Part shown: one piece after another, positions 10,966-19,521 of the stretch | Layout: each line of letters starts with the position of its first letter | Position numbering within the stretch: position 1 is the stretch's first letter | Notes under the pieces: model-generated | What the model was told of the DNA's origin: nothing | Database searches by the model: none | What the model saw: the letters and a program-made list of their open reading frames with translations, nothing else | Made by a program: the position numbers and the translations under genes | DNA from: Cylindrospermopsis raciborskii Cr2010 | Lineage (GTDB): Bacteria > Cyanobacteriota > Cyanobacteriia > Cyanobacteriales > Nostocaceae | NCBI RefSeq assembly: GCF_003367075.2 | Contig: NZ_CP065936.1 | Span: forward strand, 2,520,001 to 2,552,000 | Length of the DNA stretch: 32,000 nucleotides | Direction of reading: 5' to 3'

Positions 10966-12471
10966 TTAGACTGCTGCTGTAGCTTTTCTTAAAGCTTTCT
11001 TGGCAGATTTGTTCCAGGGAGCACCGATTAATCCCCAAGTTGGACTGTTGAGTGCCAAATCCATGTCACGAGCGAAAATGGCAAACCCGTCGTAACCGTG
11101 GTAAGGACCAGAATAATCCCAAGAGTGCATTTGACGGAAAGGAAGACCCATCTTTTGGAATACGTACTTCTCTTTTACGCCAGAAGCAATTAAATCTGGC
11201 TTCAGAGCTTTGATGAATTCTTCAAATTCAAAGGCGGTTACGTCGTCATAAACGATTGTGCCATTGTCAATATAGTGAGTGGTACGTTTATAGTCGTCAC
11301 TGTGAGCAAACTCGTAACCTGTACCAACTAACTTCATGCCCAAATCGTTGAATGCAGGTACGACGTGACGAGGACGTAAACCACCAACCATCATGGCTAC
11401 GGTTTTACCTTCCAAGCGAGGACCGTATTTAGCAATAATCGCATCGATGGAAGGCTGATACTTAGCAATTACCTTTTCAGCATTTTCTTGAATCTTAGAG
11501 TCAAATCTGGCTGCGATCGCTCTTAAAGATTCAGCAATCTTGGTAGGTCCGAAGAAATTATACTCCATCCAAGGAATACCATAAGCTTCTTCCATGTGAC
11601 GACTGATATAGTTCATAGAACGATAACAGTGAATGAGGTTGATCTTCACATTAGGAGTCAACAACATTTCATTAATAGTACCGTCACCAGACCACTGAGC
11701 AACAACACGTAAACCAAGTTCTTCTAAAAGAATACGGCTAGCCCAAGCGTCGCCACCGATGTTATAATCACCAATAATTGCTACGTCATAGGGGGTAGAT
11801 TCAAACTTGAGACTACCGTCTTTTTTAGCTTGATCTGCTCTGGGGAATACCCAGTCACGGATTTGGTCGTTAGCGATGTGGTGTCCCAAAGACTGAGATA
11901 CCCCACGGAAACCTTCGCAACGGACAGGAACCACTGGTTTACCCAGTTCCTTAGCAGCTGTCTTAGAAACCGCTTCGATATCATCTCCAATCAAACCAAT
12001 AGGACATTCAGATTGGACAGAAACACCACGGTTGAGGGGGAACAATTCTTCCAACTCTTGAATCAACTTCAATAACTTCTTGTCTCCACCAAACACAATG
12101 TCCCGTTCTTGGAAATCAGAAGTGAAGTGCATAGTACCAAAGGTATCAACACCTGTAGTACCTAAATAATAGTTACGACGACCAGACCAAGACCAGTAAC
12201 CACAACCTACAGGACCATGGCTGATATGAATCATGTCCTTAATAGGACCCCAAACCACACCCTTGGAACCTGCATAAGCACAACCACGGGCGGTCATTAC
12301 ACCAGGTAAAGATTTGATGTTAGATTTAACACCACAATCTGTTTTACCTTCTTCGTGTACATTCAGATGCTTCTCACGCTTCTTAGCAGCTTTTTCAGGG
12401 TAAGCTTGGAGAACTTCTTTAATCAGTTCTTTTCTTTCTTCAACAATCTTCTTGTTGTCTTGAGGTGTCAT
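10966..12471 (-). CDS. nifD: Nitrogenase molybdenum-iron protein alpha chain NifD (uninterrupted)
   Basis: 501 aa. [24 protein letters not shown] (FeMo-co Cys region) and [15 protein letters not shown] near the C terminus. The reading frame is continuous. Confidence 0.99.
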   Translation of the reverse strand: MTPQDNKKIVEERKELIKEVLQAYPEKAAKKREKHLNVHEEGKTDCGVKSNIKSLPGVMTARGCAYAGSKGVVWGPIKDMIHISHGPVGCGYWSWSGRRNYYLGTTGVDTFGTMHFTSDFQERDIVFGGDKKLLKLIQELEELFPLNRGVSVQSECPIGLIGDDIEAVSKTAAKELGKPVVPVRCEGFRGVSQSLGHHIANDQIRDWVFPRADQAKKDGSLKFESTPYDVAIIGDYNIGGDAWASRILLEELGLRVVAQWSGDGTINEMLLTPNVKINLIHCYRSMNYISRHMEEAYGIPWMEYNFFGPTKIAESLRAIAARFDSKIQENAEKVIAKYQPSIDAIIAKYGPRLEGKTVAMMVGGLRPRHVVPAFNDLGMKLVGTGYEFAHSDDYKRTTHYIDNGTIVYDDVTAFEFEEFIKALKPDLIASGVKEKYVFQKMGLPFRQMHSWDYSGPYHGYDGFAIFARDMDLALNSPTWGLIGAPWNKSAKKALRKATAAV

Positions 12472-12533
12472 GTCTGTTTGCTCTTTCTAGTATTGTTTAG
12501 GTAGGGGAATCCCCAAATTTGCCAAAGAAAGGT

Positions 12534-12565
12534 AAAAAGGAAATTAATGTAGAGCATTCCTTTTT
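12534..12565 (-). terminator. AU-rich hairpin 22 nt downstream of nifH (possible attenuator or 3' stabiliser)
   Basis: AAAAAGGAA (12534-12542) / TTCCTTTTT (12557-12565), 14-nt loop. In mRNA sense the 3' arm is U-rich and followed by ACCUUUCUUU. A small GGGGAATCCCC palindrome follows at 12504-12514. Confidence 0.4.
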
Positions 12566-12587
12566 CCCATTTCTCAATCAATAAATA

Positions 12588-13657
<1,070 letters not shown>

Positions 13658-14584
13658 CTAAACTGCTTCGACGATAATTTCCTTGTTGACGCGCTCTCGT
13701 AATCTTGATTCAATGGCTATCTTTAATGTAGCGGTACTGCTAGAACATGAACCACAGGCGCCTTTAAGAATGACTTTGACCTTATTACCTTCTATGTCAT
13801 ACAATTCTACGTCTCCCCCGTCGGCAATTAAAACAGGTCGGACCTCTTCATCTAATACTTTTTGAATCAGAGCAATTTTCTGTACATTAGTTAGTGGTTT
13901 TTGTTGCTCTAACTGCTCTCTTAAATTATCACCTAAAGCGGAAAATTGTTTGTGACTTACTGTACCATTTCCAGAGCCTATTTCTAGAGCAAAATCCTGT
14001 TGTACTTGTTTAATTATATCATCAATTTTTGCTAAACAAGAACCGCATCCACCACCAGCTTTTACATAATTTGTAACCTGTTCGGCGCTGAACAGATTGT
14101 TTTGTCTTACTGCTTTTTTTATCTTAGCATCTGTGATGCCAAAACAACTACAAATTAGGACACCTTCATCATCGTCCTCATGGGATGCTAGTGGAATACC
14201 TCGATAATTATAAATAGCTGCTTCTAAGGCTTCTTGTCCCATGACTGAACAGTGCATTTTAGCTTCAGGTAATCCACCCAAATATGCTGCTATTTCCTTA
14301 TTGGTTACTCTTAAAGCTTCATCTAAGGTGAGACCTTTCACCATTTCGGTTAACGCACTAGAAGAAGCAATGGCACTGGTACAACCAAAAGTTTGAAAAC
14401 GAGCATCGAGAATTTTATCCGTAGCTTCTTCAACTTTCAAATGCAATCTTAAAGCATCACCACATGCAATACTTCCCACTTCACCAGTAGCTATCTTAAC
14501 TCCAGGTTCCCTGTTATCTTCTATTGTCCCCTGGTTTTTCGGTTCGTAAAACAATTCTAATACTTTGTCTGTATAGTCCCACAT
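13658..14584 (-). CDS. nifU: Fe-S cluster scaffold NifU
   Basis: 308 aa. N-terminal IscU-like domain (GSIACGDALRL...FGCTSAIASS...MHCSVM), central BFD-like 2Fe-2S domain (CSCFGITD...GGGCGSC), C-terminal NifU/Nfu domain (GACGSCSSS). Confidence 0.98.
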   Translation of the reverse strand: MWDYTDKVLELFYEPKNQGTIEDNREPGVKIATGEVGSIACGDALRLHLKVEEATDKILDARFQTFGCTSAIASSSALTEMVKGLTLDEALRVTNKEIAAYLGGLPEAKMHCSVMGQEALEAAIYNYRGIPLASHEDDDEGVLICSCFGITDAKIKKAVRQNNLFSAEQVTNYVKAGGGCGSCLAKIDDIIKQVQQDFALEIGSGNGTVSHKQFSALGDNLREQLEQQKPLTNVQKIALIQKVLDEEVRPVLIADGGDVELYDIEGNKVKVILKGACGSCSSSTATLKIAIESRLRERVNKEIIVEAV

Positions 14585-14632
14585 AATTGTTGATTAGAGT
14601 GTTAGATTAGGAATTTGTGGATTTACCAATGA

Positions 14633-15847
14633 CTACTTACTACTTACTAAGGATTGCTGTTGTAACCATTGTGCTTCATCATTTTTGAAGGGAGATAAGC
14701 TGCGGAGTTTTTCCACAATTTCTGGCATGACAGCTACTACCTGATCTATTTCCTCTTGGGTAGTATAGCGAGAAAGACTAAAACGAATTGAACCATGTAA
14801 GGTAGTATAAGGTAAACCCATAGCTCTTAAAACATGAGATGGTTCTAGAGACCCAGAAGTGCAAGCAGAACCGGAGGAGGCACAAATACCATGCTTATTT
14901 AAAAGCAGCAGTATGGCCTCACCTTCAATATACTTAAAACCAATATTAGAAGTATTAGGCAAACGATGATTAATATCACCATTAACTGCACAATCAGGAA
15001 TTTTAGTTAATAAACTTTGTTCCAAATTATCCCGTAGTTTTCTTTCTCTTTTAGTTACCTCTTCCAAGTGCAATAATTCCAATTGAGCAGCCTTTCCTAA
15101 ACCAATAATTCCTGGAACATTTTCTGTCCCTGCTCTTCTTCCCCTTTCTTGGTGTCCACCAATTAAAAAGGGACGAAATCTCACACCACGTTTTACATAC
15201 AAAGCACCAATACCCTTAGGAGCATGAATTTTATGACCAGACATAGTTAACATATCAATTGTACTAGTCTTCATATTCAAGGGTAATTTTCCTACCGCTT
15301 GTACTGCATCAACATGAAATATGGCTCCATACTCTTTTACTCTAGCACCAATTTCTTCAATTGGAAATATAGTGCCGGTTTCATTATTGGCATACATAAT
15401 AGTCACCAAAGCAGTGTTTCCAGTTAGGGATGCCTCTAATTCATTCAAGTCTATTTGTCCTTGACTATTAACAGACAAATAAGTAACTTCATAACCTTGG
15501 GTTTCCAATTGTTTACAAACATTCAAAACCGCTGGGTGTTCTACTTGGGAAGTGATGATATGGCGCTTATCTGGTTGAGATAACAAAGCTGCTTTAATAG
15601 CAGCATTATCACCTTCAGTTCCACAACTTGTGAAGATGATTTCTGACTCTTGAGATCCCAATAAAGCTGCAACATTTTCTCTAGCTATTTTCACATTTTT
15701 AGCCAGTTGACCCCCGAAACTATGCATACTAGAAGGATTTGCATAGTAGTCTGTTAAATAAGGTAGCATGGCTTCCAAAACCTGAGGATCTACCTTAGTA
15801 GTTGCATTATTATCCAGATAGATACAATTTTTCAACATTTCACTCAT
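14633..15847 (-). CDS. nifS: Cysteine desulfurase NifS
   Basis: 404 aa. PLP-lysine motif SGHKIHAPKG, active-site loop SSGSACTSG. Class I desulfurase. Confidence 0.98.
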   Translation of the reverse strand: MSEMLKNCIYLDNNATTKVDPQVLEAMLPYLTDYYANPSSMHSFGGQLAKNVKIARENVAALLGSQESEIIFTSCGTEGDNAAIKAALLSQPDKRHIITSQVEHPAVLNVCKQLETQGYEVTYLSVNSQGQIDLNELEASLTGNTALVTIMYANNETGTIFPIEEIGARVKEYGAIFHVDAVQAVGKLPLNMKTSTIDMLTMSGHKIHAPKGIGALYVKRGVRFRPFLIGGHQERGRRAGTENVPGIIGLGKAAQLELLHLEEVTKRERKLRDNLEQSLLTKIPDCAVNGDINHRLPNTSNIGFKYIEGEAILLLLNKHGICASSGSACTSGSLEPSHVLRAMGLPYTTLHGSIRFSLSRYTTQEEIDQVVAVMPEIVEKLRSLSPFKNDEAQWLQQQSLVSSK

Positions 15848-15943
15848 TACTTATGATTTATTGTTTATGGCTAATAAATGGTAACGGCAAATAGAAAATG
15901 TATAGCTTGGGTATTTTACTATCTACCAATTACCATCGAGTAC

Positions 15944-16282
15944 CTAAGCTACAATTTGATGCTTCTTTAATTGCTCCCCTAACTTCTGGGAATAGGTGTT
16001 ATACCAACATTCCCAATAGTCCTGTTTGTTTGTCAGTTTAGCTATGATACGATTGTAGGTAGAAAACCAAATTTCCCAATAACCTTTCGGTTGTTCTACA
16101 CACCCACTAGCTGTAGGACAAACTGCTTTACATTGAGGTACAGTGTAAATTGTGTTGGCGCAGTTTGTACATCGTTGGGCATCAATAATGTGCTTACCTT
16201 CAACTTTTTCAATTGCACCATTTGGACATGCAGATACACAAAGATTGCAGGAAATGCACTGGCTAGTAATAGTGTAAGCCAT
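15944..16282 (-). CDS. fdxN: 2x[4Fe-4S] ferredoxin FdxN (uninterrupted)
   Basis: 112 aa. CISCNLCVSACP and CTNCAN...CKAVCP cluster motifs. Lies between nifB and nifS. Confidence 0.93.
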   Translation of the reverse strand: MAYTITSQCISCNLCVSACPNGAIEKVEGKHIIDAQRCTNCANTIYTVPQCKAVCPTASGCVEQPKGYWEIWFSTYNRIIAKLTNKQDYWECWYNTYSQKLGEQLKKHQIVA

Positions 16283-16327
16283 GATTATTTCTCCTTGGAG
16301 ATTTTGGGCTCTAACATATAGCTTTTT

Positions 16328-16380
16328 CCAGAACGCCTAGGAAAAGAGTTGATGGCTAAATTGCTGGATAGGCGTTCTGG
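16328..16380 (-). repeat. Stem-loop element copy B, 11 nt downstream of the nifB stop codon
   Basis: Perfect 12-bp stem CCAGAACGCCTA (16328-16339) / TAGGCGTTCTGG (16369-16380), 29-nt loop. Homologous to 2768-2805. Confidence 0.75.
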
Positions 16381-16391
16381 TTTGGCTAGGG

Positions 16392-17825
16392 CTATAAATT
16401 AGCCCTTAGATACTGTTCGTAAAATTCTAGGGCAACTTTCTCAATTAAATCGTATGATTCCACAGTCTGTATACCCGCTGCATGCAATTTCTCTTTTGGA
16501 CAGTTGCCAATTTTAGCAACTAAAACTGCTTGGCAATCAGCAATTGCTTTAATTATATTTTCAGCTGTTGCTTCTTCACCGTATCCACCCTGACAATATT
16601 GATCAATTCTGCGGTGACTTACATAACGAACTTCATTTCCATCCACCTCGTAGACCTGAAATTCCTTAGCATGTCCAAAGTGTTGATTAACTAACCCACC
16701 GCCTTTAGTTGCTACAGCTACCAGAATTTTTAGCTGATTGGGTATTTTTTTACCAACAGTAACTTTTTGTCTTGCCAGTTTCAGTTCTTCTCTGAATTTC
16801 TCAATACCTTCTTGCACTTGTTGACGTTTTTCTAGATCGTATTCTGGAGACATTTCCAATAATTTCTCTTTGGTAAATTCTTGGCTGCGATCTTCTCCTA
16901 ATAGTCCCACCGCATCTGCTCGACACTGACGACAGTGACGCATCATTTTCATGTTGCCAGAACATTGATCTTGCACTTCCTTGAGTTCTTTATTAGTCGG
17001 ACCTGGTTGACCGTTTAACCCAAAATATGTACCATGTTCTGGAGCAGAAATCAGGGGCATAATGTTATGCAGGAATGCACCTTTTTCTCTAATTACTTTG
17101 TTAACTTCTACTAGATGTTGATCATTAATTCCAGGAATCATCACGGAATTAACTTTACATAAAATATCAGCTTCTTTTAAAGCCTGCAATCCTTCCATTT
17201 GCTTCTCTAGCAAAATTCTCGCACCTTCCACACCTTTATAACGCTTCCGCTTATAGTGAACCCAGGAATAAATTTTGGCACCTATTTCTGGGTCAATGGT
17301 GTTCAAGGTAATAGTTACGTGATCTATATTTAACTGTTTGATGCGTTCAATATATTCCGGTAGCATCAAACCATTGGTTGATAAACAAAGCTTAATATCC
17401 GGCGCTTTATCCGCAATCAACTCAAAGGTACGAAATGTTTTTTCAGGATTGGCTAGGGGATCTCCCGGTCCAGCAATTCCCAAAACTGTCATTTGGGGAA
17501 TTTTACTGGCAATTACTAATACCTTATGAGCAGCTTCCTCTGGTGTCAGCAGTTCACTGACTACCCCAGGACGACTTTCGTTGGCACAATCGTATTTGCG
17601 GTTACAATAGTTACATTGAATATTGCATGCGGGAGCTACTGCTACATGCATTCTTGCATAATGGTGATGTGCTTCCTCACTATAACAAGGATGTTTAGCA
17701 ATCCGCTCTTTGAGTTTTTCGTCCATTTCTGAGGTTGTTGTGCTGTCGCAACCACAACCACCAGATTTACCTGTGGGAGGTTCCTGTGGGGAGGAAGTGA
17801 GAATTCCTGTGGCCGGTAGTGTCAT
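16392..17825 (-). CDS. nifB: FeMo-cofactor biosynthesis radical SAM protein NifB (with C-terminal NifX-like domain)
   Basis: 477 aa. Radical [11 protein letters not shown] motif, [25 protein letters not shown]-terminal NifX/NafY-like domain ([29 protein letters not shown]). Confidence 0.99.
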   Translation of the reverse strand: MTLPATGILTSSPQEPPTGKSGGCGCDSTTTSEMDEKLKERIAKHPCYSEEAHHHYARMHVAVAPACNIQCNYCNRKYDCANESRPGVVSELLTPEEAAHKVLVIASKIPQMTVLGIAGPGDPLANPEKTFRTFELIADKAPDIKLCLSTNGLMLPEYIERIKQLNIDHVTITLNTIDPEIGAKIYSWVHYKRKRYKGVEGARILLEKQMEGLQALKEADILCKVNSVMIPGINDQHLVEVNKVIREKGAFLHNIMPLISAPEHGTYFGLNGQPGPTNKELKEVQDQCSGNMKMMRHCRQCRADAVGLLGEDRSQEFTKEKLLEMSPEYDLEKRQQVQEGIEKFREELKLARQKVTVGKKIPNQLKILVAVATKGGGLVNQHFGHAKEFQVYEVDGNEVRYVSHRRIDQYCQGGYGEEATAENIIKAIADCQAVLVAKIGNCPKEKLHAAGIQTVESYDLIEKVALEFYEQYLRANL

Positions 17826-18045
17826 TGAATTTCACAAGGGTTCGGTGGAATGGTGCACTCACTTTTCGCAGTTGATTTGTTAAGGAGCGTTAAGTGATTG
17901 GCGATAAATGATTTATAGCAGCACTTTTTATGCTCCATTTATCCGTCCCTAGGATAGAATTTATTGGATTTATTACTGATGTACTCAAATGTAATCATCC
18001 CACTAAATATCAGGGTGATAAAAATTAAATCTTTTTTTTTGGGTA

Positions 18046-18088
18046 GGGGTGCTAGTATTTTGTTAGTGGGGTGCGAGTATTTGTCATA
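18046..18088 (-). promoter_or_regulatory. Tandem direct repeat (22-bp period) upstream of nifB; candidate activator binding site
   Basis: GGGGTGCTAGTATTTTGTTAG (18046-18066) and GGGGTGCGAGTATTTGTCATA (18068-18088), about 18 of 21 positions shared. Flanked by a T9/A9 tract at 18032-18040. Lies 221-263 bp upstream of the nifB ATG. Confidence 0.4.
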
Positions 18089-18190
18089 CAGGGCTCAGGA
18101 TTTCTTTGTACTCGTCTACAACTCAACACCTAAACGCCGTTTGGCAGTTTTCTTCTTCTCAGGGAATTACATTTTTTATGTACTCATAGC

Positions 18191-18223
18191 AAAAACGTTA
18201 AAAATCATGAAAGTGGGCTTCAT
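18191..18223 (-). terminator. Weak intrinsic-terminator-like hairpin after the SUI1 gene
   Basis: In minus sense, ATGAAG-CCCA-CTTTCAT (18207-18223, one bulge) is followed by GATTTTTAACGTTTTTG (18191-18206). The stem is short and AT-rich. Confidence 0.35.
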
Positions 18224-18236
18224 ACAGCAGTGATGG

Positions 18237-18590
18237 TCAACCACCGCTAATCTTAGCCTTGTAACCCAGTTTCAACAAAATCTCTAAAATTTTCTGTTTA
18301 TGATCCCCCTGAATCTCAATTTCGTTTTCTTTCAAGGTTCCCCCTGTACCACATTGGGCTTTTAATTGCTTCAACAAACTTATAAGGTTTTCTTGTTTAT
18401 TTTTAAATCCGCTAATTAAGGTCACTGTTTTACCTTTTCTTCCTGCGCGGGTAGCTTGTATCCTGATGTTTTGTTGGTTAGGGGGTAGTTCGGGAACAGG
18501 ACGTTCTAGAGCTTCCGATGAATCCTTGCCAAATTCCCGGTAGACGATTCGATTGTGGGATTTTAATTTGTCTGATTTGTCCTCGGACAT
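18237..18590 (-). CDS. SUI1/eIF1-family translation initiation factor homologue (YciH-like)
   Basis: 117 aa. Typical YciH pattern: IRIQATRAGRKGKTVTLISGF...LKQLKAQCGTGGTLKENEIEIQGDHKQKILEILLKLGYKAKISGG. Confidence 0.88.
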   Translation of the reverse strand: MSEDKSDKLKSHNRIVYREFGKDSSEALERPVPELPPNQQNIRIQATRAGRKGKTVTLISGFKNKQENLISLLKQLKAQCGTGGTLKENEIEIQGDHKQKILEILLKLGYKAKISGG

Positions 18591-18684
18591 ATGAATAAAA
18601 AAATAGTAGTTTTCCAGTTTTCAACAGTCTAGCAAATTATCTTAATTATATAACTACCAGTAATCAATTAAGAAGCAATTTTGC

Positions 18685-19341
18685 CTAGTTGATAGTCATA
18701 GCTATAAGTTTAGACGTAAATAATTCCGAATTGTTGGTACTTTCGGGTGTAAATTGACCAATTGGAGGGTGATTAATATTAACGGGTATTACTTCTGATA
18801 AAGGTTCCGGTGCAGATAAGCTTTCATGATTAATTACATCTTTTAAAGGCGCACTACTATTATATGGAAAATTTCTCGTCTGGGGTAGTATGGGAGGTGA
18901 TGCTAGATAGGTTTCCATAAATAAATCTTCCGATAAATCATTATTCTGAAAGTGATAATTATCAGAGTGGGAGGACACTTTTTTAACTCCATTACGTGGA
19001 CGGGCCAAGTTTAATGATGTTCCAACAGATAAAACAGTACCCGAGTCCTGCTTGAGAATTTGTGGGAACTTGTTACAAATCATTCGTTCAAATTCCGTAT
19101 TGAAATGATAATAGACGCATCCTCTTCGTTGCCAAAATGTCAATATTTGCTGCACTGAGATTGCTTTATACCGTCCCTGATATAGAGCTTCTATAATTCC
19201 TATATGTAACCAATCATGGGGATATTCTTTACCCCAGTAGGTAACTAGGTCAATGGCAGTGTGTCCATTCAAGTCAAAACCATAGTGGACTAATAAGTTA
19301 ACTGCTAATTCATCATAAGGACTGGGGAATTTTGTTAGCAT
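18685..19341 (-). CDS. Hypothetical protein: conserved-looking ~95-aa N-terminal domain plus S/P/N-rich low-complexity tail
   Basis: 218-aa ORF with ATG start. The N-terminal segment DLVTYWGKEYPHDWLHIGIIEALYQGRYKAISVQQILTFWQRRG has spacing reminiscent of DnaD/DnaB_2-type domains (pattern-level only). The C-terminal half is compositionally biased. Confidence 0.6.
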   Translation of the reverse strand: MLTKFPSPYDELAVNLLVHYGFDLNGHTAIDLVTYWGKEYPHDWLHIGIIEALYQGRYKAISVQQILTFWQRRGCVYYHFNTEFERMICNKFPQILKQDSGTVLSVGTSLNLARPRNGVKKVSSHSDNYHFQNNDLSEDLFMETYLASPPILPQTRNFPYNSSAPLKDVINHESLSAPEPLSEVIPVNINHPPIGQFTPESTNNSELFTSKLIAMTIN

Positions 19342-19521
19342 GGGGTCTTAATTTTCCAGGGATGATTTCTGGGTAGTAACCTTTAGGCGATAAGTGTCAG
19401 TCTTTCTGTCAACATTTCACTGGTTGTATTTACTTCAAGGTATTGTGAGCTACAGGACGATTTTTGTATAACATAGATGTTACATATTCTAATGGTTAGT
19501 CCCAGAATAAACCATTAAAAA

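Noticed and set aside
17964-18233. 89-aa plus-strand ORF in the nifB upstream region
   Set aside because: It is F/I/L-rich AT-driven sequence on the strand opposite to all neighbouring genes, and it spans the tandem repeat and T9 tract. No recognisable domain.
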